Below are positions 52,221 to 61,982 of a DNA stretch of 64,000 nt, one piece after another; the first letter of the stretch is position 1, and the number at the start of each line of letters is the position of its first letter. A program made the position numbers and the translations under genes. Location: assembly GCA_963796275.1 (NCBI GenBank), contig CAWCKY010000004.1, positions 1,536,001 to 1,600,000 on the forward strand, in the 5' to 3' direction. The notes under the pieces are model-generated. The model worked only from the letters and a program-made list of their open reading frames with translations, had not been told where the DNA came from and did not search any database. The stretch comes from an uncultured Acidobacteriota bacterium. GTDB lineage: Bacteria > Acidobacteriota > Blastocatellia > RBC074.

Positions 52221-53006
52221 ATGAGCAAACAACACATTCTACCAAGAAAGAAATATGCGCTCTGGCTTGCGTACAATGGAATCTGCTACTACTGCAAAAA
52301 GTCGTTAGATTATGAAGATGTCTGGGTTGATCACATTCTGCCAGAGCATTTATTGAACACTCCTGAAAGGCTGAAGCACCTACTGCAAGAGTATGAGTTA
52401 GATTCAGCCTTTGATGTTCAAGATTACGGCAATTGGATTCCGACGCACTGGCGCTGTAATCTTGAAAAAGGCGGCACAATTTTTGATAAGGGCGCAGCAC
52501 GATACTACCTCAACATCGCCCGGGAAAAAGTCCCAGCTGCACAGGAACAAGAACGACGAGTTATTCGCAACCTTAAAAGAAGCAAGCTTCTTGGCAGTTT
52601 AGAAATCGCGATAAGCGAAGGGTTGTTATCTAAACAAGCTCTCGCCACTATTGTTATGCAAGCGCCGACGCCAAAAGCGGGAATAGAGCCTACGATTATT
52701 ACGTTTGGACTGAACTATTATGATTTGTTGGAAAGCGAGTTGCGCCCTGGCTGGCTGGACGGCTATGATCAATCAGATTATCTTTTTGTGTGCGATTTGC
52801 TTGAAAAGGATTTGGTCAAACAATTGAAATCTTTGCTGACGTGCGAATTCTTCTACCCGGAAGCATCTGAACGAAATGTTGAAACGCTCTCAGTGAGATT
52901 AGCTTTTGTTCAGCTAGATAAAAAAGAGATGCGCCGGTTCAAAAGTAATTGGTGGGAAATTCTGGAACTTGCAAGTCACTCGGACATTTACGGTGAATTT
53001 GCGTGA
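52221..53006 (+). CDS. HNH endonuclease domain protein
   Basis: CYYC..VDHILP..NWIPTHWRCNLEKG. Confidence 0.88.
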   Translation: MSKQHILPRKKYALWLAYNGICYYCKKSLDYEDVWVDHILPEHLLNTPERLKHLLQEYELDSAFDVQDYGNWIPTHWRCNLEKGGTIFDKGAARYYLNIAREKVPAAQEQERRVIRNLKRSKLLGSLEIAISEGLLSKQALATIVMQAPTPKAGIEPTIITFGLNYYDLLESELRPGWLDGYDQSDYLFVCDLLEKDLVKQLKSLLTCEFFYPEASERNVETLSVRLAFVQLDKKEMRRFKSNWWEILELASHSDIYGEFA

Positions 53007-53062
53007 GCTTTCGATGCGCCGCGCCGGTACAACAATGGGTACCAGCGCACCGAAATCTCACG
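53002..53062. repeat. 61-bp imperfect palindrome, copy B
   Basis: CGTGAGCTTTCGATGCGC..GGTAC-AACAATGG-GTACCAGCGCACCGAAATCTCACG; contains the HNH stop codon. Confidence 0.85.
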
Positions 53063-53199
53063 ATCAAACGAATCAGTAACCGTAGCAGCCGGTTCAGCAA
53101 CTGCGTGTCTTCCTCGCGAAGCTGTCCCCGCTTGAGCCGGGTAATAAGCGCCTCAATCTCTGCGTGGTCAATCGAATTGTGGTCAGGATCCTTCTTCAT
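53063..53199 (-). pseudogene. Possible transposase N-terminal remnant (IS66-like)
   Basis: MKKDP..EIEALITRLKRGQLREEDTQLLNRLL resembles helical N-termini of such transposases; ends at palindrome B. Confidence 0.4.
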
Positions 53200-53335
53200 C
53201 GGCGATGGTGCCGATTCTACATGGCGCGTCGCTCGGGGGCGAGAGCGAGCAGGCCTTTTTGCCTTTTTACGCTCGGTATGCCGCAGGCACACTCTGGTGC
53301 CAAATCAGAGTGCCAAAATCAATCAGTAGACTCAT

Positions 53336-54103
53336 TCAGTTTGAACGCATATCTTTCAGCGTCAAAAGAACATCATCCAACCCATGATGAGCAGCCTCGA
53401 TACGTTTTGATCGCAGAACGACAAGGTCACCGTTCATCTCTGAAAGCTGGAATGGAAAAAAAGCTGGGGTGTTCAGCATCAGTCTCAACGCCGCTTTGCC
53501 CTCAGAAATGGCGTGCAAAGCCGCCTCGAATAATAGTATCACCAGCTTTTGGTCAGTGATGATTATTGGCAGAGCTTTCTCATAACATCCTTTAAAATCT
53601 GAATCTTTCAGTACTCCCCACGCAACAAAGGAACGGACAACATAGCGCGCGTTTCTGGCAACTGTCTCGCGATCGCCGTACTGCTGTTTCAATCTATTGA
53701 ATATTTGCGCCTGGGTAATTTGGTCTTGAAGGTTCAGTAATCGGCCTACCTGCCGGGCAACATTGAACCAAAATGGATAGGCAGCAGAGATGACAGCCCA
53801 ATGCAGCGGTAACCACATCTCTGGTTGCAACTGCCGCGCCATTGACAATGCGTCATCTCGAAACGCGATCAGGTCTTCATTCGGAGAAAACCATGAAGCG
53901 AGGATACTGATTGCCATTCCATATGTCTTACTTCCACGTTCCCCAATTCCCCCGCTCTGCTTTTGTGTGGACAAGTATTCATCCAGGTTCTCTCGTATTT
54001 CCGTTTCAGACATGCCTGCTAATAGCATGTGAAGAACTCGATCCATCCATTCCTTCTGGATCGTTTGCTTGATTCCTAATTTTTCATGCCGTTTGTCAAT
54101 CAC
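53336..54103 (-). CDS. brxA: BREX type 3 BrxA-like protein
   Basis: Follows pglZ with ATGA overlap; LHWAVI.AAYPFW, RLKQQYGDRETV.R..RYVVRSFVAWG. Confidence 0.7.
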   Translation of the reverse strand: MIDKRHEKLGIKQTIQKEWMDRVLHMLLAGMSETEIRENLDEYLSTQKQSGGIGERGSKTYGMAISILASWFSPNEDLIAFRDDALSMARQLQPEMWLPLHWAVISAAYPFWFNVARQVGRLLNLQDQITQAQIFNRLKQQYGDRETVARNARYVVRSFVAWGVLKDSDFKGCYEKALPIIITDQKLVILLFEAALHAISEGKAALRLMLNTPAFFPFQLSEMNGDLVVLRSKRIEAAHHGLDDVLLTLKDMRSN

Positions 54104-56095
54104 CGCGCTCTCCTCTCAAACTTTACCAAGGGCACGATGACCTCTTCAATGGCAATGCCTCCGTGTCCGACAAGTGTTTCGTTAGGGTTCATAAATGCAT
54201 TATTGCCACCGGCAAGAAGCGGGAAATAATCCGATGGCAGCCCGACTGGTTGCCACTCAATAGCAAAAGTAAATTTTCCAGCAACCAACGCCCTGAGTTC
54301 AGGAGTCGGGTAGACCCGGACTCGTTCTCCACGAGTCTCGGCAATGACGCCTTCATAGGGACGCCCCTTGCCACGGCATTCGATATTGCCATGATCGGAT
54401 GTCAACCAAACTTGAAACCCGGAATCAAGCAAATAGCCAATAAGCGACGCCAGAAAGCCTCCCTTGCACCACTGTTTTATCTGGTTATGCATCCCGGCTG
54501 CACCAAGCTGCAGTGCCATGCATGATTTTGTCGACCGTGTCAACAACCACCCCGACCGCCCTGGTCCTTCCCGGATGCAGAGTGGAATCCAAAATATTAG
54601 CAACGTCGCCATCGCCCAGCCCTCGCTGGTAAGCGATATCCAAACGCGACAATCCAACTCCTTCCCAGAACTGCTTCCAAAGATTGCCCTCGTTATTGGT
54701 CGTATTGATCGACGAAGGAAAGTAGATCGGAGCCTTTCCAGAAAAAATCGCTTGTCTGGAGACAGAGGTCAGCGTCGGAATCCAGGCGAAGGTCGCAGAC
54801 TCACGCAATATAAAACTCTGATCCTGCTCCTGAAGAACCTGACGAATGGTGACCCACTGATCTAAGGCAAGTCCGTCGACGACAATTAACGCGATTCGGC
54901 AGTCTTTGGCCTCCTCCATCTCCCGAGCCAACCGCCGAGGGACATGGTGCAGCATAGCTGAATTGGCCGGCGGCAAATTAATCAGACTGGCGTAGTGTGA
55001 CTTAAGCCAATTGGCAAAGGTCACGTTTACATTTATGCCGGTTTGAAGAAAACGGGCCTTGACTTCCGCTTCAGAGCCGCAGTAAATCAAGGTTGCCAAT
55101 TCAGCCCATTTCAATGCGAATGCGGTCCAATCCGAATACCTGCTATCTACCGATGGCAAACCACTCTCTATGAGTTCTAACAGACGAGAGATCCGTACCC
55201 CTTCATCTTCTCTTTCAGTTCCGATTATGCCGCACCGAATCCAAGACTCTGTATCGATCGAGATATCCTGTCTCTTAACGGGTGTGAGTCTTCCCTCAAC
55301 GAACAGGTTGTCGATATAAACCAGAATATCCTGATGATCAAATGGCAAAACTGCAGGTCCTGGATACCTGAGAATAACCTCAAAGGAATTTTCACTAATC
55401 TGATTGTCGGCATCGAGTCTGTCAAGGAAAACGGGCCAGCGCTCCTGTAAGAAAGAAAAGAATGCTTCCCCATCGACCACAATTTCATCCAAAGGCCAAT
55501 CTTCGAACCCGCCATTCACCTTGAGCGACTGCACGAGCCGATTAGCCAGAACTTTAGGAATATCAATCTTTTTGTAGTGCAGACGAAGCAATGTCCGAAG
55601 CAGATCCACTTCTGTCGTGATCAACTCAGCCGCAACGCCAAAAACGTGGCGAAGAATGAAATCCCTGGTCGCGTTGTCGCCCATCCGATCGGGCACTGTC
55701 TTCTTCTGGGCATCGAACAGCACGTCCAGAAGACCGCGGTCAAGCTTCTCAATGACTGAATAACTCAGATTTGGGAAAAGCCTTCCAAGGTCAAAGGCTA
55801 GTCGTCTACCGGCCTGGAGCAAATCATATGGAAGCGCTTCGAACGCCGAATCTTGTAAGCGTAGAATGACTACCAGATCGGTAACCCCACCCCGATCCCA
55901 GATCGAACGATATTTCGATTCATAAGCGTATCGAAACTCAACTGGATCACTGAACTCAATCAGTTCAAAGCCACGCGCCCTCAGTTCGAAGGAAAGTTTC
56001 TCTTCGGTCAAAAGGCAATCCGGATCAGCGACTAGCGTAAGTTTGCTGACATTAGGAATGAATTCGTTCAAGATAGCGTCTCGCCAACTATTCAT
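54100..56095 (-). CDS. pglZ: BREX PglZ phosphatase-domain protein (frameshift near 54510)
   Basis: LVADPD.LL, LIVVDGL, PTLTSVSRQAIFSG, VDKIMHG, LTSDHG, GHGG..EEVIVP. Confidence 0.92.
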
Positions 56096-59009
56096 TGAGC
56101 GCCTCCTTTAACGATGCGCATCAACAGCAGTGGCCGAATCTCCGGAACAATCTGCCTTGCAGATTCCAACTCTTTGCGCCATTCAGACTCCTCAGCATCA
56201 CATCGCACCAGCCGATGCTGGCGCACCTCGGGCAACCCAACACGATCAATGGCCTTTCGCCGTGAGCTAAAGGCGGTCGTTCCGCGATCTTCTTCCCGAA
56301 CAATAGAAGCCATGTGCTCCTGCTGCAAAGTATCAAATTGCTCCCGTCCTACCTGTTCCGCTGCACACATAAGCCGGTCAGAGGCGGCCAGTGATTCATC
56401 GTGCCCCATGGCATCCAGCACCTTCGGTTCCACTGTCTGCAGGGCATCCCAGATATGACGGGCAGTTGGTAGAAATACCTTGCCTTCTTCGCTCAAGAAC
56501 ATACTTAAGTAGCGCCTTCGAACTATAGGTATCTGAATCAGGTGGTTCTGCCTGTGCCTGCCAGCTTGTAAGCGGATTTCAAAAAGTCCCCAGTAACCTG
56601 ACAAACTCAAGGGCACCCCACTCAGGGACACACAGGGCAACGGCTGCCCAGCGGTGACTTGCGGCAGGTTGAGCGCCAATCCACGAACCTGGTTGTACTC
56701 CAGATTCAGCAAGGTGGCATCCGAAAGCCGGTCCGCCTCACGGGAACTAAACACGCACTTACGATACACTTGTCCATCCGGCCAAGTAAGCTCCCACCAC
56801 GAGCGCTTTCGTGTCGCCTTACCTCCATGAGAGTTCAAATAGCCAACTGTCATCCGCTCCACCCAATGTGGCAAAGGATGGAAACGCAAGCGTTCGGCTA
56901 CCTGCGCATCAGGCTCATCAGAAATACCATAGATGGAGGATGAATCCCGTATTTCGCGGATATCTTCTCGAAAACGGGTCGCCGTCTGCTCCACCGATGA
57001 TTCAATGCCATCCGGATTCAGTAAGGCTGAAGTGAAGACTTCCTCGAACAATTCGCCAGCTTGTGCCGAATCGAGCACATCGCCGGTCTTATCGATTCCA
57101 AACTCCTCGAAGATTACCGAGAGCTTTTTCTCCAGAACCTCCCGAACGCGGAATTCGACCGTGTTCTCAAAAACAAAATTGATGGCTTGCACCGTCTTTG
57201 ACTGGCCGATACGATCCACGCGTCCAATCCGCTGTTCCAGCCGCATTGGGTTCCACGGGATATCGTAGTTGACGATAATGTGACAGAATTCCAGATTCAA
57301 TCCTTCCCCACCGGCATCCGTAGAGACCAGGACACGAGCGTGCTCACGAAAAGCTTCCTGCGCGCGCTTGCGCTCGTCCATATCCATGGAACCGTTGAGC
57401 GTCACCACCGAAATACCTCTGGCCTCCAGAAATTCCCTTAACATCTCCTGGGTCGGTATGAACTCGGTGAAAATAAGCACCTTCAGATATTAGATCGTTC
57501 TGGTCAATTTGGAGCCGGTAAATCCATTCGATCAGCGCCTCTGACTTGGCATCGGGGCCAGCCTGTTCGCATCTTCTGGCCAAATCCAGCAGGGCGTCCA
57601 CCTGACCGCCTTCCCTTTTCAGAGTCGATACAGGGAACCTCAAAAACTCATCGAGAAGTTCTTGGCCATCAAGGTCGTACATCTCGTCATACCCGTCGAC
57701 AACACTAGCGCCATTTTGAAGCTCTTCAAGATGTAGACTAGCCTGCTGCCTGCTATCAATTAGTGCCTCAAGCCGGTGTTCTAGCGTGGTGCGGATCGCC
57801 CGGGTGCTGGAAATCACCAACCGCTGCATCAGAATCATCAGAAACCCTATGTGAAGTTTCTTCTCTCGTATGGCTTGGTTATATCCATCACGCACATAAT
57901 CGGTCACGGCATCATAAAGAAGTTGCTGGAGATGGTGTCGCGCTTCCCACGACACTCCCACCATCTGTGTGCGTCTGGGTTTGAATAGCGGCTTACCATC
58001 GGCATCTATGGCTTTCCGCTTTTCAGTGCGTATCACATAGGGGGCTACACGATCGCGAGAGACGCTATCTAAGTCTGGAAAGGCGTCGTTATCCAGCAGG
58101 TTCATCAGACGATAAAAGGCATCGGTTTTGCCTTGATGTGGAGTGGCCGAGAGTAAAAGCACATATGGAGCAGCGTCTGCAAGTCCCCGACCCAGCTTGT
58201 AGCGTGCTACCTGATCAGTGCTACCGCCCAGGCGATGAGCCTCATCCACTATTACCAGTATCCCAGCCCGCCGTCACCAGATCCTCAAAACGACTGCGGT
58301 TGTATTCCGTCACTCGTTGTAATGTCCAGCCACGCCGCTTGTCCAAGGGCTTTACAGAGTCCAGAGAAACTTCCACTTGATCAAACATCGCCCAAGGATT
58401 GTTCCGCAAGCGTGGAGCCTGGAGAGAGGGGGACATCATGTCGTCCCCGATTCTCACTTCATACTTTACATTCGAAATACGCTGCAGTGTGTTGATATCA
58501 TCACCCAGAATAAGCTGGAACCGTTCGTTGAAATGATTCAGCATCTCCGCTACCCATTGCGCAACCACCAGCGTTCGACGCGACAGGCCGCGCAGTTTAA
58601 GTTCGCGCATGATAAGCCCAGCTTCAATGGTCTTGCCTAAACCGACTTCATCAGCCAGCAGGTAACGTACGCGGTCGCCGGAGATGGCTTTAGACAAGGC
58701 GTGGATTTGGTGTGGCAGTGGAATGACTTTCGACTCCATAGGAGCCAGAAGCAGGGGGCCTTCAGAAGCGCTGGCACCACCCTCAAGAACCTCGGCGACT
58801 TTTGATGCCGCAGCGACATAGCCAATCCGATTGGCTTCAATATCTGGCTGAAGATCAGCGCTCAGCGGCCGAAGCGCAGAGCTAGGAATCCGGACTACAG
58901 CATCCTGATTCGGCAACCAAACACGGCAAACCGTCTGCCCCCACAAGATATGCTCTTCGATGACTTTACAGGCGCAGTTGTGGATCACGCTATATTGCCA
59001 TTGATTCAT
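56092..59009 (-). CDS. brxHII: BREX type 3 SNF2-type helicase (frameshifts near 58250 and 57480)
   Basis: LLADEVGLGKT, DEAH, LSATP, STDAGGEGLNL, PWNPMRLEQRIGRVDRIGQ; upstream of pglZ. Confidence 0.88.
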
Positions 59010-59017
59010 CGCTCTGG

Positions 59018-60070
59018 TTATTTCGGTATGGAAAAGTCATTGTGATAAACAACTGAAGCCAGCTCTATCGTCCCGTCGGCGCATTCCCAGTAATGAAGAT
59101 GGAATTCTCGGTCGATATCTCGGCGCTGAGCTTTATCATTCCCACGCATTCTTTGAGGGTCATTGCCTCCTGGGCCTGTTCTGAGCGCATGTACTGCGGC
59201 TAGATTCTGGTTTTTTATTGTTTCTACAATTGATCGTAATATCCTTGGCGGTAAAGAATCTCCTTGATTAGTACAACAGTTCTGACAAGCCTTAAGGAAG
59301 TTTTGGCCGATAGTTGGCACTGAGGCGTTCTCCCAATCAGGGGCTTCACCTTGCGCAATACTATTCTTATATAAGGCGATCCTGATTGAAAGTTCTATTC
59401 CAAGATTGTCAGATGCACCAGTCAGAATAACAGGCTCGTCAAGACATTCGATTAATCCTCTGAAGTCGTCACAGGCCAGAACGTCTCCCTCAAAAAATTC
59501 TGGAGGGGAGGGCAGTGTAGGAATGTCATCTCTTTCGTGTTCAAAAACATGAATCTGCGCTCGCACCCTTACCACCTGTTTTGGTGTTTGCCGGAGAATA
59601 AGTGAGTGGCCTCCGAGCGGTTGCCAACAATGTTTCCGCAGGATTGCAATTGGAGTGACACAGCGGGCCAAATCCGATTGCAATCCTTTATATGTCGTCA
59701 ACCTAATAATGTCCGGATCAGTTTCAAGTGGATCTGCCAACACATCTCTCACACGATAATAAGTTTCGAAGGAAGGGGTGATAGTCAGTAGCCGATCTGC
59801 AATTTTGGCGACCGTGTTTACGTCGTATTCTACGATCCCATGCGCATTAAATAACGCTCTAAGATGGTCACGTAGCGGATATAATCCATCTGCAAAAAGT
59901 GACTCAGATGCTCTTTCGCTCATATAAATCGCCACCCAAGGCTCGTCCAGAAGCTTGCTCCAATCTAGAAGTATATCGACGTACTTATACGCGTTCTCGG
60001 TAGAGCATGCTCCCTCGGGCACAGCTAGCACTGCGGCATCAATTGTTACACTTGGCCTACTTTGTGTCAT
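59018..60070 (-). CDS. Hypothetical protein with possible RelE-like C-terminal toxin domain
   Basis: Start overlaps the ATPase stop; C-terminal HALR..QRMR..AQRRDIDREFHLHYW. Confidence 0.6.
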   Translation of the reverse strand: MTQSRPSVTIDAAVLAVPEGACSTENAYKYVDILLDWSKLLDEPWVAIYMSERASESLFADGLYPLRDHLRALFNAHGIVEYDVNTVAKIADRLLTITPSFETYYRVRDVLADPLETDPDIIRLTTYKGLQSDLARCVTPIAILRKHCWQPLGGHSLILRQTPKQVVRVRAQIHVFEHERDDIPTLPSPPEFFEGDVLACDDFRGLIECLDEPVILTGASDNLGIELSIRIALYKNSIAQGEAPDWENASVPTIGQNFLKACQNCCTNQGDSLPPRILRSIVETIKNQNLAAVHALRTGPGGNDPQRMRGNDKAQRRDIDREFHLHYWECADGTIELASVVYHNDFSIPK

Positions 60071-61979
60071 CTTTCCTCCTGCGGGCAATACGTTTATTGG
60101 CTGCGGCACGTAGAATCTCCTCTGCCTGCTGCTGGGATTGATCAAAAAATCCCTCAGGCCACTGAGGGACAGCGCCGTACTCATTGATAATCACCTCACA
60201 GAAAGAAGAACTTAGAGCGGGTTTCTCTACAAAGTAAATCTTTGTATAACTGTTAAGTTCGTCTCCTGGTATAGCAGCGGCAATTCTGAAGCGTAGGCGG
60301 TCAATAAAATATTCGCTGTGAGTTTCGACAATGCATTGCTTATTACACAACGCCATCGACAAGAAAAAGTCTCCCAATAGAGTTTGGACTTTAGGGTGAA
60401 GATGTAATTCCGGCTGCTCGAAAACTAAAGTCGAGTCTTGGTCGGCCAAGAGACACATTACAAGGATTGGAAGAACCTGACTGACGCCGACACCAACGTG
60501 AGTAAGATCATATGTGCTTTCTGAATTCGCCAAACCAACTTTCAGTTCATGTCCCAACTTACCTTGATCCCGACTCTTTACAAAACTGGCTACTCCAAGG
60601 TATTGAAGCCAATCTATAACGGCGGATTCTAAAGTACGCGTTATAGTCTTCCGGTCGATAGTTGCCGATTTGAAATGGGATGATGGGATGTAATTGATTT
60701 TTTTATTCTTGTGAAGCTCTAGTATAGAAGCGGTATGCTCGCCACGTAGTCCGACATCAAAAGGATCTACTGCGGGTGCAAGCGGATATAGTGGCTTGGG
60801 GGCATCCCTCAATGGGCCAAGATATTTCAGGGATGACGAAAAAAAGTCATCCAAATATCTTGAAGCTTCCATTATTTGTCTGGGGGGCAAGGCCTGGATA
60901 ATTGCATGGTTATCAGACTGTTGAGATGACTTTTTTAGTGCTTCTAGAATCCGATCAAACAAATTATCCGATTCACGCAGTACTTGCTGAACCTTAATTC
61001 TAGTGCCGGGAGCCAGCGATCTTAATCGCTCATTCCAAAACCGTAACGATATTGTCTCGTTATCAGCAATAAGGGAAGATTCCTGTTGATACCTTATATT
61101 GAAGACTTCGTCGAAATCTATGGTGTCGCAAAGAATGTCACGTAAAACAGCAATTACCTCTTTAGTGAGAATAATACCTCGGTTCATACTCCTTCTAAGG
61201 CCTACTGTTCGGCGCCTGTCATCTTGTAACGCCAGAGTTATTGAATTAGCTTCTTCTTGGACGGTATCAAGGCTATAAATTACTCTATCTGGCAGGAAAT
61301 GCCTCAGTATGCATCCCATTGCCTTTGCGGAACGAAAATCCTCCCTTACTTCACTCATGGAATGATCATCAAGATCAACATCATATGCTAGACTTGCGCG
61401 AAGTTGGTCGTCGAATTCATCCATGGCGTTCATGCCGTCAATTTGCGATATCGCCTTACTTGAATGTCGTATAGATATCTCTGCTTTTAGGTCGACATTA
61501 TCCTCATCTCTCGATATGCACAATAACCGGCTCGCGAAGAGCCTAGGCTGTATCTGGAACAGCTCTCTTTGTGAACTCGATGGGTCAGCATCAAAAGAAA
61601 TTTCGCAGGAAACCTCACGGAGTTGAGTATACCTTGACCCATAATAGACCGTTCCTCTCGTATATACAGCGGATGATGCTATAGTCGGAATATCTGTATT
61701 TGGCAATGGGTTGCAAGTGCATTTGACTACAATTTGATCTGACTCACTACCATTTGACTTTAGATCATCAAATTGCCCAAGACTTGTAAGTGCTCCATTC
61801 AAAACAACGGAGCGAGAGCTGACTTTGTGAGATAGCGTTTGGGCTACGAGCAGAATTGATTGGATTAATGTGCTCTTCCCACTGCTATTCGCACCGGCGA
61901 ATATGGTTAATGGTCCAAGAGACAATTCAGTTTCTTCACGAATTGACTTAAAATTGAACACTTCCCATTTGGTGATCAT
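60057..61979 (-). CDS. ABC-type (AAA_15/AAA_21) ATPase with DUF3696-like C-terminus
   Basis: NFKS, GANSSGKS, VGVGVSQVLP, EQPELHLHP, VETHSE, WPEGFFDQ. Confidence 0.9.
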   Translation of the reverse strand: MITKWEVFNFKSIREETELSLGPLTIFAGANSSGKSTLIQSILLVAQTLSHKVSSRSVVLNGALTSLGQFDDLKSNGSESDQIVVKCTCNPLPNTDIPTIASSAVYTRGTVYYGSRYTQLREVSCEISFDADPSSSQRELFQIQPRLFASRLLCISRDEDNVDLKAEISIRHSSKAISQIDGMNAMDEFDDQLRASLAYDVDLDDHSMSEVREDFRSAKAMGCILRHFLPDRVIYSLDTVQEEANSITLALQDDRRRTVGLRRSMNRGIILTKEVIAVLRDILCDTIDFDEVFNIRYQQESSLIADNETISLRFWNERLRSLAPGTRIKVQQVLRESDNLFDRILEALKKSSQQSDNHAIIQALPPRQIMEASRYLDDFFSSSLKYLGPLRDAPKPLYPLAPAVDPFDVGLRGEHTASILELHKNKKINYIPSSHFKSATIDRKTITRTLESAVIDWLQYLGVASFVKSRDQGKLGHELKVGLANSESTYDLTHVGVGVSQVLPILVMCLLADQDSTLVFEQPELHLHPKVQTLLGDFFLSMALCNKQCIVETHSEYFIDRLRFRIAAAIPGDELNSYTKIYFVEKPALSSSFCEVIINEYGAVPQWPEGFFDQSQQQAEEILRAAANKRIARRRKDDTK

Positions 61980-61982
61980 GTG

